A stretch of DNA of 34,125 bases, from the NCBI GenBank assembly GCA_003456155.1, contig DMPC01000001.1, positions 1-34,125 on the forward strand. Reading direction: 5' to 3'. How positions within the stretch are numbered: the first letter of the stretch is position 1; each line of letters starts with the position of its first letter. The notes beneath the pieces were generated by a model. The model did no database searches. It was not told the DNA's origin and saw nothing but the letters and a program-made list of their open reading frames with translations. This document shows, piece after piece, positions 8,676 to 17,439 of this stretch. A program made the translations under genes and the position numbers. The DNA is from Actinomycetota bacterium (GTDB lineage: Bacteria; Actinomycetota; Actinomycetes; S36-B12).

Positions 8676-10445
8676 TTGCGTGCCCCACCCAGGAGCCCGG
8701 GGTCCGGCATGACACGTGATCGCGCCGGGCTGGCGCCTGAGGCACTGCTGTCGCTCCCGGTCTTCGCCCTGTCGCTGCTCTGGACGTTCATCGTGCAGTT
8801 CGGCGAGGGAGCCGGCGCGGGCGACGGTCTCGGCGCCATCGCTCTACGCCTGTCGTTGCTCGTCGCCCTCCAGGCCCTCATGTTTCTGTTCCCATACCTC
8901 ACGTGGCGGGTCGTGTGCCCCCACCTGCCCTCCCGGATCTGGACCTGGGTGCTCGTCGTGTCCGTGGTCGTGGGGGCGGCCGTCCGCGGAGTCGCACTCG
9001 GCTTTCTGCTGACTCTCTCCGGCGTGACGGACTCGCCGGACCTCCCCTACCGGATTGCCGCGTCGGTCGGCCACTTGGCCGTCGTCACCATGATCCTGTG
9101 GTTCCTCGTGAGCGAGGTCCGCGGATTGAATTCCCGGCGCCGTCAGCTCCTGGACGACCGTGACCAGCTCCTCGAACTCCGGCAGGCCGCGGAGCGCGAT
9201 CTGCAGCGGCTCGGCGACCGAGCCACCGACGAGATTCGGCGATCAATCCTTGAGAGCCTCGGCGGCCTGCAGACCACCAACTCCTCGGATCTCCGGGAGC
9301 GACTTCGTCTCACCATTGACGACGTCGTCCGGCCGCTCAGCCACCAGCTCGCAGCACAGCCCCCGGCACGGACATCGCGACAGGAGTACCTCGAGACGAC
9401 GAAGGTCGATTGGCCGCTGGCAGTCCGAGAGGGCCTCGACCCACGCCACATCCACCCGGTGATCGTCCCGCTCCTGCTGGTCTGGCTGGGCCTCCCGCAG
9501 CACTCCTTCCAATACGGTCTGTGGGCTGCAGCAGGCCTGGTGGCGACGCTCATCATCGTGATCCCTGCCTTCTGGATCGCACGGTGGGCGGCCGTTCGGA
9601 TCACCGCCCACCGCGGGGCAGGGGCCAAGGCCGTGGCGTTCGTCGTCGCGGTGCTCCTCGGCGGGGTGGCGCTGGGCCTGGCGACACTCCCCTACATGCA
9701 TGACGAGCTCCAGCCACTCCTCTTCATCGTCGCGGCCCCACCTCTCGCCCTCCTGATCAGCGGCCCGCTGGCCATCGCCGAGGCCGCCCGAGATCAGAAC
9801 CTGGAACTGGAGGCGGATCTGAGGGCCACGACAGCGGATCTCAGTTGGATACTGGCCCGCACCCGCGAGCGGTACCGGCAACAGGAACGCGCCCTCGCCC
9901 ATGCCCTGCACGGCCGCGTGCAGGCGTCACTTGCCGCCGCGTTCCTGCGACTTGACCGTGCCGTGGCCCAAGGCACGGACGATGAAGCGCTGCTGGCATC
10001 CCTCCAGGCCGAGGCGCTCCGGGCAGTCAGCGAGCTTGACCTTCGCGATGCCGAGCCTGATCAGATCGACAAGGTGATGGCACTGACTCAGAGCAACTGG
10101 TCCGGAACAGCGGACCTCACCTTCACCCTGGACCCGGCAGCGGCGAGGGCTCTGGCGGAGGATCCACTCTGCGCGAGATCGGTGAATGACCTCATCCCCG
10201 AGCTGGTCTTCAACAGCGTCCGGCACGGGAGTGCTCGTGCGATCGAAGTACAGCTCGAGATCGTGGACTTCAGGACCTTGTCGCTCACCGTGATTGATGA
10301 CGGCAGCAGCGACCTCATGACGACCCGGTACGGACTCGGCTCCGCCCTTCTCGACGAGGCTTCGATCACGTGGAGTAGAACGCGCCTTGGTGCCCGCACC
10401 ACAACGACTTGCCTGCTGCCCGTCCTCTTCACCAGCGTGGAGTGA
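8676..10445 (+). CDS. polytopic sensor histidine kinase (HisKA_3-like H-box + HATPase_c)
   Basis: 589-aa ORF with two blocks of about 4 TM segments separated by a charged coiled-coil-like stretch (RRRQLLDDRDQLLELRQAAERDLQRL). The H-box is ERALAHALHGRVQASL, the N-box is LVFNSVRHGSA, and the G-boxes are VIDDGS / YGLGS. The start could be the ATG at 8709 (MTRDR). Confidence 0.7.
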   Translation: MRAPPRSPGSGMTRDRAGLAPEALLSLPVFALSLLWTFIVQFGEGAGAGDGLGAIALRLSLLVALQALMFLFPYLTWRVVCPHLPSRIWTWVLVVSVVVGAAVRGVALGFLLTLSGVTDSPDLPYRIAASVGHLAVVTMILWFLVSEVRGLNSRRRQLLDDRDQLLELRQAAERDLQRLGDRATDEIRRSILESLGGLQTTNSSDLRERLRLTIDDVVRPLSHQLAAQPPARTSRQEYLETTKVDWPLAVREGLDPRHIHPVIVPLLLVWLGLPQHSFQYGLWAAAGLVATLIIVIPAFWIARWAAVRITAHRGAGAKAVAFVVAVLLGGVALGLATLPYMHDELQPLLFIVAAPPLALLISGPLAIAEAARDQNLELEADLRATTADLSWILARTRERYRQQERALAHALHGRVQASLAAAFLRLDRAVAQGTDDEALLASLQAEALRAVSELDLRDAEPDQIDKVMALTQSNWSGTADLTFTLDPAAARALAEDPLCARSVNDLIPELVFNSVRHGSARAIEVQLEIVDFRTLSLTVIDDGSSDLMTTRYGLGSALLDEASITWSRTRLGARTTTTCLLPVLFTSVE

Positions 10446-10514
10446 TGCGATGCCGCTCATCGCGCGAATGGGCGAGTCCGTTGGGCCAGAGCGGTGGATG
10501 CGACCACACCGACG

Positions 10515-11168
10515 TCATTCCTCGGTACCAGGAACTCCAACGGCGAAGAAGAATCGGCGCGCTGCAGCGACTCGTGGATTCAGGGTTCCCTTGGTGTTGA
10601 TCCCCAGGTCCCGATAGATCTGTTCGATCCATCGCTCGACAGTCTTGCGGCTCACACCGCAGCGCCTGGCGATCTCGTCGTTGTCGTATCCCTCGGCGAG
10701 CAGTCTCAGCGCTCGGGACCCGTTGACGCCCAGGAATGCGAAGACGTCATCAGCCCTCTTGTCCTCCTCGACGAGGGTGCTCTGCTCGCGCAGCACCGTC
10801 TCCATCGCTTCGATCAGATAGGTCTCGTCACTCACCAGATGCTTGCGCAGGATGCCGACCCCGGGAGGCAGAGCCAGCCCATCGGTGGCCGCACTGGACA
10901 TATCGGTATGGCGCGTGAAGACGAGGATCGCTATGTCAGGTCGCGATAGCCGCATCGCGTGCGCAAGGTGAATACCGGTTGGCCCTTCGCCCAGGGAGAC
11001 ATCCAGCAGCAGCATGTCCGGATCGAAGGCATCGATCTCACGCCGCGCCTGGGCAACATCCGCAGCCATTCTCACCGTGAATCCGTGCCCGAACAGCACG
11101 TCGGCCAGGAGCGCCGCCATGAGCGGCTCGTCCTCGACGACGAGAACACGTCTGTGATCTACCGGCAC
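10515..11168 (-). CDS. NarL/FixJ (LuxR-type HTH) response regulator
   Basis: The receiver domain shows VLVVEDEP and DPDMLLLDVSLG. The C-terminal LuxR HTH reads LRLLAEGYDNDEIARRCGVSRKTVERWIEQIYRDLGI. Convergent with the kinase gene. Confidence 0.9.
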   Translation of the reverse strand: MPVDHRRVLVVEDEPLMAALLADVLFGHGFTVRMAADVAQARREIDAFDPDMLLLDVSLGEGPTGIHLAHAMRLSRPDIAILVFTRHTDMSSAATDGLALPPGVGILRKHLVSDETYLIEAMETVLREQSTLVEEDKRADDVFAFLGVNGSRALRLLAEGYDNDEIARRCGVSRKTVERWIEQIYRDLGINTKGTLNPRVAAARRFFFAVGVPGTEE

Positions 11169-11428
11169 ACCTCAACGCTACGGAATGCAGGTGAGCTCTG
11201 CCCCGGCAACGCCCCAGTCTGGCGCGCATCCATGCGGGGCCCTGAGCAAGGCCTCTCGCTCCGCCGAGTCCCATTCACCTGCGATCAGCGAGGAGAGATG
11301 ACCGATGGATATCCTCCCGCAAGCCAACGTCCAGGAAAAAGGGGTGTCAACTCAGCCAACAACAAGCCCGGATGCCCCGTCGTGCCCCTATGCTCGACTC
11401 CACCTGCCCTCAGCAATAGGAGGCCCGC

Positions 11429-11845
11429 ATGGCCATGGAAGAGTTGGAGATCTCCGAGTATTCGGAGTCGCAGAAGACCGGCTTCATTGACGCCATCAAG
11501 AAGGGCTTCAAGGGCTACGTCGTCTGGAACGCGCGGTCCACTCGGTCGGAGTACTGGTGGTGGTCGCTCTTCGCCCTCATCGTCGTGATCGTCATGGCCA
11601 TCTTGGATTCGATCATCTTTGGCGGGCAATTTGGTGCCTTCGGCCCGCTATACACGATCTCTGCCCTGGCGCTGTTCCTGCCCGGCCTGTCCGTCTCCGT
11701 TCGGCGCTTGCATGACATTGACCGCACCGGCTGGTGGCTCTGGATCCTGCTCATCCCGATCATCGGCTTCATCGTCCTGCTGGTCTTCGCGCTGCTCCCA
11801 TCCGCGATGGGACCAACTCGCTGGAACAACCGCATCCAGGCGTAG
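11429..11845 (+). CDS. DUF805 family inner-membrane protein (YhaH/YhaI-like)
   Basis: It carries the family motifs GRSTRSEYWWWSLF and VSVRRLHDIDRTGWWLW..LIPIIGFIVLLVF. Confidence 0.85.
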   Translation: MAMEELEISEYSESQKTGFIDAIKKGFKGYVVWNARSTRSEYWWWSLFALIVVIVMAILDSIIFGGQFGAFGPLYTISALALFLPGLSVSVRRLHDIDRTGWWLWILLIPIIGFIVLLVFALLPSAMGPTRWNNRIQA

Positions 11846-12118
11846 CACGTGCATCCATGGGCGTACTCATGACCCCGGGGCATGTCGAGTTGACGCACAC
11901 GCCCTGACAAAGGCCGAGCTTGATCTCGGCGCTGGCTCCGCGGTGATCAGCACGAGTGCGACGTAAGTTGATGCTGTTCGCGCGAGTACGTTGACCACGA
12001 CCACCAAGGTTCGTGTGGCTGCGGCGTGAAGTCCCGGGATCTGCACCATTGCACCGCTGAAGTCCATGCTCCTCGCGAATTCCGGGCAGCCGGAAGCCAC
12101 GCTCTGTACTCTTGCGTC

Positions 12119-14032
12119 ATGGTGCCCTTATCCCTGAGGGCGCGCGTGGGCACCGTCCTCGCCCTGTGCGTGTCCGCGATGGTCGCGATGACCACCGTCG
12201 CACCCGCGGCCCTCGCCAGCCCAGCAGGGCAGGTGCGCGAATTCTCGCCACTGCCAGGAACCAGTGGTCCCTATGACATCGTCGTGGGGCCCGACGGAGC
12301 CCTGTGGTTCACCGAGACCGTGGAGAGCGCGATCGGGCGCGTGACGACCGATGGGGTGGTCACTCAGTTCCCGACGCTGACACCGGGCGCCGGGCCTTAC
12401 GGCATCACCCTCGGCCCGGACGGTGCCCTGTGGTTCACGCAGCAGGAGGTGGGAAAGATTGGGCGACTGACCACCAGCGGCGTCATGACGGAGTTTCAGG
12501 TCCCCAGCGCGAACTCCCTTCCCACGGGGATCGCCGCCGGCCCCGATGGTGCCCTGTGGTTCACCGAGCATGGGAGCAACAAGATCGGGCGCGTGACGAC
12601 CGACGGGGTATTCACCGAGTACGACATCCCCACGCCCGGCTCCGGTCCGTGGCAGATCGCTGCCGGCCCCGATGGAGCCATGTGGTTCACCCAGTACTTC
12701 GCGAGCAAGGTGGGACGCATCGGCATGGACGGACGGATTTCGGAGTTCACGCTGCCCTCTCCCAGTTCTCGACCCTGGGACATCACGGCGGGTCCCGATG
12801 GCGCGATGTGGGTGACGGAGCGAGCTGCCAACAAGTTGGCACGGGTGACGACCGGTGGTCGCGTGGCGGAGTTCCCAGTACCCGCGTCGCCCGCCGGGGT
12901 GGAGAACGTCGCCCCTGCGCCCGACGGATCGCTGTGGTTCACCAACGCCCAGGAGGACTCGATCGGCCGCATGACTACCTCTGGCGTGTTCACCGGCACT
13001 GTGGCGAAGGTGCAGGCGACGAGCCTTGTCGCTGGACCGGGCGGTGCCATGTGGTTCACGGACTATCACACCAGCAAGGTCGGGCGAGTGAAGCGGGGCG
13101 GGAAGATCGACTCCTTCAACGTGCCCGCACGCGGTGCGACACCCATGAACCTCGCCCGTGGGCCGGACGGCGCCATGTGGGTCACGGAGTACGCCGCGAA
13201 TACGATCCGCCGCATCTGCCCCTCGGGGAAGACACGCACCTTCCGGGTGCCCACCCGTGCCGCCACACCCCAGGCGATCGTCGCCGGCCCCGATGGAGCC
13301 ATGTGGTTCACCGAGTTCTCCGGCAACCGGATCGGGCGCATCACCACTCGCGGCAGGTTCACCGAGTACCTCCTTCCCACGCCCGACTCCGGCCCGTGGG
13401 GTATCGCCGCCGGTCCAGACGGCGCGCTGTGGTTCACGGAGTTTCTGGGCAACAGGATCGGGCGCATCAGCACGAGCGGGGTCTTCAGCGAGTATCCGCT
13501 TCCGGAGGCCGGTCAGGGCCCGTGGGATATCGCGCTGGGCCCTGACGGTGCGATGTGGTTCACCAATGCGCTCGGGCATTCCATCGGAAGGATCGACACC
13601 AGCGGAGCCATAACCATCACGCCGCTCCCCGATCCGGCCAGCTCGCCGTGGGGCATCGCGCTGGGCCCGGATGGTGCCATGTGGTTCACGGAGTTCGCGG
13701 GAAACCGAATCGGGCGCATCAGCATGGATCGGGTCGTGACTGAGTTCGCTGTTCCGACGCCCGATGCGCAGCCGGCCAGCATCGCTCCAGGGCCAGATGG
13801 TGCGATGTGGTTCACGGAGTACCGGGGAAACAAGATCGGTCGCATCACTGTCGATGGAACCGTCTCAGAGTTCGCCCTACCCACCATGAATGCCGAACCG
13901 AAGGGCATAGTTGCTGGCACAGACGGGAACATGTGGTTCGCCGAACGCGCCGCTGGGTTGATCGGCTGGATCGGTACCGGCAAGGGACCCACCCTTACCG
14001 CGAGCACGCTGGGATGCCGTCCGAAGCGATAA
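12119..14032 (+). CDS. secreted tandem (14-blade) Vgb / streptogramin-lyase-like beta-propeller repeat protein
   Basis: ATG at 12119 starts a Sec-type signal (MVPLSLRARVGTVLALCVSAMVAMTTVAPAALASPAG). Fourteen repeats of about 42 aa follow, each centred on GPDGA[LM]WFTE ... IGR[IV]T. The 483-aa antisense ORF 12128..13579 is a high-GC artefact. Confidence 0.8.
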   Translation: MVPLSLRARVGTVLALCVSAMVAMTTVAPAALASPAGQVREFSPLPGTSGPYDIVVGPDGALWFTETVESAIGRVTTDGVVTQFPTLTPGAGPYGITLGPDGALWFTQQEVGKIGRLTTSGVMTEFQVPSANSLPTGIAAGPDGALWFTEHGSNKIGRVTTDGVFTEYDIPTPGSGPWQIAAGPDGAMWFTQYFASKVGRIGMDGRISEFTLPSPSSRPWDITAGPDGAMWVTERAANKLARVTTGGRVAEFPVPASPAGVENVAPAPDGSLWFTNAQEDSIGRMTTSGVFTGTVAKVQATSLVAGPGGAMWFTDYHTSKVGRVKRGGKIDSFNVPARGATPMNLARGPDGAMWVTEYAANTIRRICPSGKTRTFRVPTRAATPQAIVAGPDGAMWFTEFSGNRIGRITTRGRFTEYLLPTPDSGPWGIAAGPDGALWFTEFLGNRIGRISTSGVFSEYPLPEAGQGPWDIALGPDGAMWFTNALGHSIGRIDTSGAITITPLPDPASSPWGIALGPDGAMWFTEFAGNRIGRISMDRVVTEFAVPTPDAQPASIAPGPDGAMWFTEYRGNKIGRITVDGTVSEFALPTMNAEPKGIVAGTDGNMWFAERAAGLIGWIGTGKGPTLTASTLGCRPKR

Positions 14033-14140
14033 CACCATCGGGCTCACCGATGCGCCCGTGGCGCTGAGCCCGCTGCCACTCATCCCGATGTCGTAGGCCG
14101 GGAGCACCAGGCGACGCCGAAGCACCGGAAGCGCCCATAG

Positions 14141-14340
14141 GTGGCGAATAGTCTGGCGGAAATCCCCACCGCACTCGGTAGAACCCCCGTGCGAATGCTC
14201 GTCCACAACCTCCACATCATCATCAACCGCGATACCGGCGAGATCCTCCGCGAACTGACGATCAACACCGCCAGGGACAGCCAACCCCGCGGCGCCAAAC
14301 CCGGACCCCGCCCTGGACACCGCAAAGGCGGCATGCCCAA
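14141..14340 (+). mobile_element. IS481-like transposase C-terminal remnant (no catalytic core present)
   Basis: The translation ...LGRTPVRMLVHNLHIIINRDTGEILRELTINTARDSQPRGAKPGP... matches, from memory, the conserved tail of actinobacterial IS481/rve-type transposases (..V.V.D..TGELLRELT.DP.RDYQP.G). No upstream DDE region is present. Confidence 0.45.
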
Positions 14341-14365
14341 GGGCTACAAGTTCAAGAAATTAGAC

Positions 14366-14399
14366 TGTCCCGGGACATCCGATAAGAATGTCCCGGGAC
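14366..14399. repeat. two copies of palindromic tgtcccgggac, 23 nt apart
   Basis: Read directly at 14366-14376 and 14389-14399; the gtcccgggac core is its own reverse complement. It lies immediately after the transposase remnant, so it may be IS terminal sequence. Confidence 0.7.
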
Positions 14400-14407
14400 T
14401 TCACAAA

Positions 14408-14450
14408 GCGCGCCCGTAGGGATTCGAACACCGGACCTACGCACTACGAG
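14408..14450 (-). pseudogene. degenerate tRNA 3'-half-like fragment (anticodon-loop-like CTCGTAG to acceptor-like CGGGCGC)
   Basis: The minus strand reads CTCGTAGTGCGTAGGTCCGGTGTTCGAATCCCTACGGGCGCG. It has a TTCGAAT T-loop and an acceptor-like 3' strand, but the T-stem has 2 mismatches in 5 and no complementary 5' acceptor strand exists upstream. This is not a functional tRNA. Confidence 0.35.
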
Positions 14451-14650
14451 ACAAATTCCCTCCCCCACGGCTATGAGGGAATTGCAGTTGTACCAACGGT
14501 TTTCGTTCCATCCAGACCGCTCCAGACGACTCCAGTTCACTGGAGTTGGGGCTAACCGTGGCGCTAGCTTCCGGCCCTCCGAAAGCCAATCTCAGCGCTT
14601 GGACCTGCGCACAACCGATGCGTCGCACGATCGTCCCGGTCGCCCCGTGG

Positions 14651-15586
14651 CTAGCGCGGATCTACGTTGCCTGCTGTCGCGCCCGAAGAGGCGTGCCCGA
14701 TTCGACGCTGAGGCAGCAGCGATGCACCCAGGGCGCCGGCCTCGTCACCCATGGTCCCTGGCAGAACCTCAACCGGTCGGTCGCCGTAGTCACGGTTCGC
14801 CAACACAGTCAGCAACGGCTCGCGCAGGTGATCCCATCGACTGACAACGCTCCCAGAGATCACTACGGCGGAGGGCCGTTGGATGCTCGTGTGCGTGATT
14901 AGTCCGCGGGTCAATTGACTGGCGTACTCCGCCCACACCTCCCTCGGTGCATCCGCCCAGGGCTCGAGACCATGTCGGACCATGAGTCGGTCGAGTGCCG
15001 ACCGGGACGCAACCTGCTCCCAGCACTGGTCGAGGCCGCAGTAGCACGGGGATCCTGTCCCGCCGACCGCAATGTGACCACCCTCGGGATGCTGCCCATC
15101 GCCCCCTCGGCGCGGCTGGCCCCCCTCGATCAGTGCAACGCCGATACCGGTGCCCAACGTCACGCAGAGCACCGAATCGTGGCCCGCTCCTGCTCCCCAG
15201 GTTGACTCGGCGAGGCCCGCGACGACGGCGTCGTTGTCGATCCATACCGGCAGGCCCATCCGATCGGCCATAAGTCCAACAAGATCTATCCCGGAGAACC
15301 AGGGGAGGGTGTCAGGGTTGTTGATGACGCCAGTGGTGAGGTCGACCGGTCCGCTTGCCCCAATTCCGACGCCGACGAGACCCGATCCGCTTGGGATCAT
15401 GTCCAGCAACGCATCGACCAACAAGCTCGCGGCATCATCGGGAGCGGACCCGGCGAAACTTCGGGTGGGCACCGATTCCACCGCGTGGGTGCCGCCACTC
15501 GAGTCTGCAACGACCATACGCGTGCCCGTGCCCCCGAGGTCGACGCCCGCCCAGAGTGCCTTCGCTTCCGCCAACGCGTCGCTCAT
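14651..15586 (-). CDS. ROK-family sugar kinase
   Basis: The N-terminal ATP motif is GVDLGGTGTR and the ROK zinc motif is CYCGLDQCWE. ATG at 15586 lies 1 nt after the DeoR stop (TGAcATG). The ORF extension to 15610 was not used. Confidence 0.85.
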   Translation of the reverse strand: MSDALAEAKALWAGVDLGGTGTRMVVADSSGGTHAVESVPTRSFAGSAPDDAASLLVDALLDMIPSGSGLVGVGIGASGPVDLTTGVINNPDTLPWFSGIDLVGLMADRMGLPVWIDNDAVVAGLAESTWGAGAGHDSVLCVTLGTGIGVALIEGGQPRRGGDGQHPEGGHIAVGGTGSPCYCGLDQCWEQVASRSALDRLMVRHGLEPWADAPREVWAEYASQLTRGLITHTSIQRPSAVVISGSVVSRWDHLREPLLTVLANRDYGDRPVEVLPGTMGDEAGALGASLLPQRRIGHASSGATAGNVDPR

Positions 15587-15587
15587 G

Positions 15588-16349
15588 TCACGCGGCGATG
15601 CGCAGTGCAACGCCCATCATCTGCACGCGCTCGCGGTACGCATCCGCTAGATGGGCGTCGGTCACCACCGTGGAGATCGCGTCCAGGCCGCATACGCGGG
15701 CGAATGCCGTGGCACCGAACTTCGTCGAGTCGGCGGCGACGACGCATCGTGTGGCCACCTTCAGGGCAGTTCGCTTGATGATGGCGTCGTCCTCGTTCCA
15801 CTCCGTGCATCCGTGCTGCGGGTCGATTCCGGAGACGGTCATCACGTAGGTATCGAAGACGTGCGACTCCAACGTCGCTACCGCTGATGGGCCGACCAGG
15901 GACTCCTCGCTGCGGCGCATGAATCCACCCGTAAGAAGCAGACGGACGTTCGGCGCACCGCGGAGAATGTCAGCCACATGAAGGCTCGGGGTGCACACCG
16001 TCAATTCGCGGTCGAACAGTTCACGCGCGACGGCCACTCCAGTACTTCCACCGTCAAGGATCACCGTCTCGCGATCAGCGATCAGCTCGGCGATCGCGCG
16101 GGCTACGAGTTGCTTCTCGGCGGCCTGCCGCTCGGCGCGCACGCCGAACGGCGGCTCGTATGAGCCGCTCACGCCCTTGATGGCACCGCCGTGGACGCGT
16201 CGCAGAGCGCCGCTGCTCTCCAGTCGGTCAAGGTCGCGCCGCACGGTCATCTCGGATACTCCGAGCGTGACGGCAAGGTCGGTGATGGAGATCTCACCCT
16301 CGGCGTCGAGGCGATCGAGGATCACCTGGATCCGTTCAGCGTGCTTCAT
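15588..16349 (-). CDS. DeoR-family transcriptional regulator
   Basis: The N-terminal wHTH reads ISITDLAVTLGVSEMTVRRDLDRLESSGALRRVHGGA, followed by a DeoR C-terminal sugar-phosphate sensor region. Confidence 0.9.
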   Translation of the reverse strand: MKHAERIQVILDRLDAEGEISITDLAVTLGVSEMTVRRDLDRLESSGALRRVHGGAIKGVSGSYEPPFGVRAERQAAEKQLVARAIAELIADRETVILDGGSTGVAVARELFDRELTVCTPSLHVADILRGAPNVRLLLTGGFMRRSEESLVGPSAVATLESHVFDTYVMTVSGIDPQHGCTEWNEDDAIIKRTALKVATRCVVAADSTKFGATAFARVCGLDAISTVVTDAHLADAYRERVQMMGVALRIAA

Positions 16350-16387
16350 GGGGGAATCCTTCCATCACCGGCCGTAGCCGCGCAGGG

Positions 16388-17404
16388 TCAGCCGCTGACC
16401 CAGGCCTCGACTTCGTCCAGCCAGCCATCCGTGATCGGGGTCTCGGTGGCGATCGTGTACCAGAGGTTGCCGGATTGCTTCCAGTAGTCCTGCATATGGC
16501 GCAGGCCGTCGCGGACGTCGCCCCAGGTGATGTTCATGTCCTCGGGCTGGTAGGCCACACCCATCTCGTCCAGCTTGCCCTTGATGAAGTCAGGGTCGTT
16601 GTCCTGCAGGTGGCTCATGAGGAGCACCCCGAGGGAGACGATCTGACCGTGCAGGAACGGCCGGTGAGTCAGGTGCTCCAGCGAGTAGAAGAAGGTGTGC
16701 TCCGAGCCTTCAATCGGACGTGGATTCCATCCGGTGTTGTTGAAGGCGGCACCCCCCCAACGCAGCGCATCCATCAAGGTTCGAACGCCACGGTCGTTGA
16801 CATCGCGGATGTCAGCCGTATTCGTGATGACCGACTGCATGACTTCGTCGGCCGCGGCGATCCACTCAGGGTCATAGGGCCACTTGACCTCGCACCGACC
16901 CTCACGCTGGGCGTAGGCCCAGTCCCAGTGTCCGGTGTAGTAGCAGACGATGTCGCCGACACCAGACCGGTTGATGAAGTCTGGCGCGCTGCGCACGATG
17001 TCGTAGTCGACATAGACGATCTCGGGGATGGCCCACCCCACGTACTTCAGGATGCCCTTGTCCCGCACGGCAGCGCGCTGGGCGAACGGAGCGTTGACCG
17101 ACATCGACGTCGGGCACTGGTACAGCGGCAAGTTCAGGCGCCAGGCGAAGTACTTGGCGACGTCGATCGCCACTCCCCCGCCGATGCCGACGATGGCCTT
17201 GATGTGTGGGAGCTCGGTCAGATGACGCTCGAGGTCGACGATCTCCAGGGACTCCACCAGGTAGACGTGGCAGTCGGCGTCCGCGAAAGTCGCCTCGAAC
17301 TTGGGCCACAGGTCCTTGGCCGACACGATCAGGAAGGGCGCATTGACGATCTTCGGGATCTCCGGGAGAAGCTCGCGACCGTAGGCCACGTCGAACAGCT
17401 GCAT
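16388..17404 (-). CDS. iron-containing alcohol dehydrogenase superfamily protein (glycerol-1-phosphate dehydrogenase / AraM-like)
   Basis: 338 aa with the nucleotide-binding loop VGIGGGVAIDVAKY and later His-containing blocks (SEHTFFYSLEH, LHGQIVSLG). AAGGAG lies 5 nt upstream of the ATG. Confidence 0.7.
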   Translation of the reverse strand: MQLFDVAYGRELLPEIPKIVNAPFLIVSAKDLWPKFEATFADADCHVYLVESLEIVDLERHLTELPHIKAIVGIGGGVAIDVAKYFAWRLNLPLYQCPTSMSVNAPFAQRAAVRDKGILKYVGWAIPEIVYVDYDIVRSAPDFINRSGVGDIVCYYTGHWDWAYAQREGRCEVKWPYDPEWIAAADEVMQSVITNTADIRDVNDRGVRTLMDALRWGGAAFNNTGWNPRPIEGSEHTFFYSLEHLTHRPFLHGQIVSLGVLLMSHLQDNDPDFIKGKLDEMGVAYQPEDMNITWGDVRDGLRHMQDYWKQSGNLWYTIATETPITDGWLDEVEAWVSG

Positions 17405-17439
17405 TGTTGCTCCTTAGACGAGGTCTTGCTGTGAGTGAA

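Noticed and set aside
10446-10514. Small hairpin (gcgatg-ccgct-catcgc, 10447-10463) between the convergent kinase and regulator genes as an intrinsic terminator.
   Set aside because: It has only a 6-bp stem and no U-tract, which is too weak to call from sequence alone.
12128-13579. 483-aa ORF antisense to the Vgb-like gene, and similar long alternate-frame ORFs elsewhere (for example 789-1442, 1213-2085, 9243-9911, 16475-17434, 19629-20459, 20932-21567, 23953-24510, 5009-5638).
   Set aside because: All are Arg/Pro/Gly/Ala-rich with no family motifs. Each fully overlaps a gene with strong family signatures on the other strand or frame, which is the expected stop-codon-poor shadow ORF of high-GC DNA.
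12119-14032. A regular period of about 126 nt that could mimic a repeat array or CRISPR.
   Set aside because: The periodicity is in-frame protein repeat structure (propeller blades) with divergent units and no invariant repeat/unique spacer organisation. No CRISPR array was seen anywhere in the window.
14400-14500. Possible intact tRNA gene on the minus strand (GGTTCGAATCC-like T-loop).
   Set aside because: No 5' acceptor strand complementary to CGGGCGC is present. The sequence 5' of the anticodon-like loop does not pair, and the T-stem has 2 mismatches in 5. It is kept only as a degenerate 3'-half fragment.
14550-14600. SRP (4.5S) RNA-like GGCCGGAAGC motif on the minus strand, and a 16-bp perfect palindrome ctccagttcactggag at 14530-14545.
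   Set aside because: The GGAA tetraloop-flanking bases do not pair as in SRP domain IV, and the rest of the conserved helix 8 sequence is missing. The palindrome has a 2-nt centre, so it cannot form a terminator hairpin, and it has no obvious gene context.
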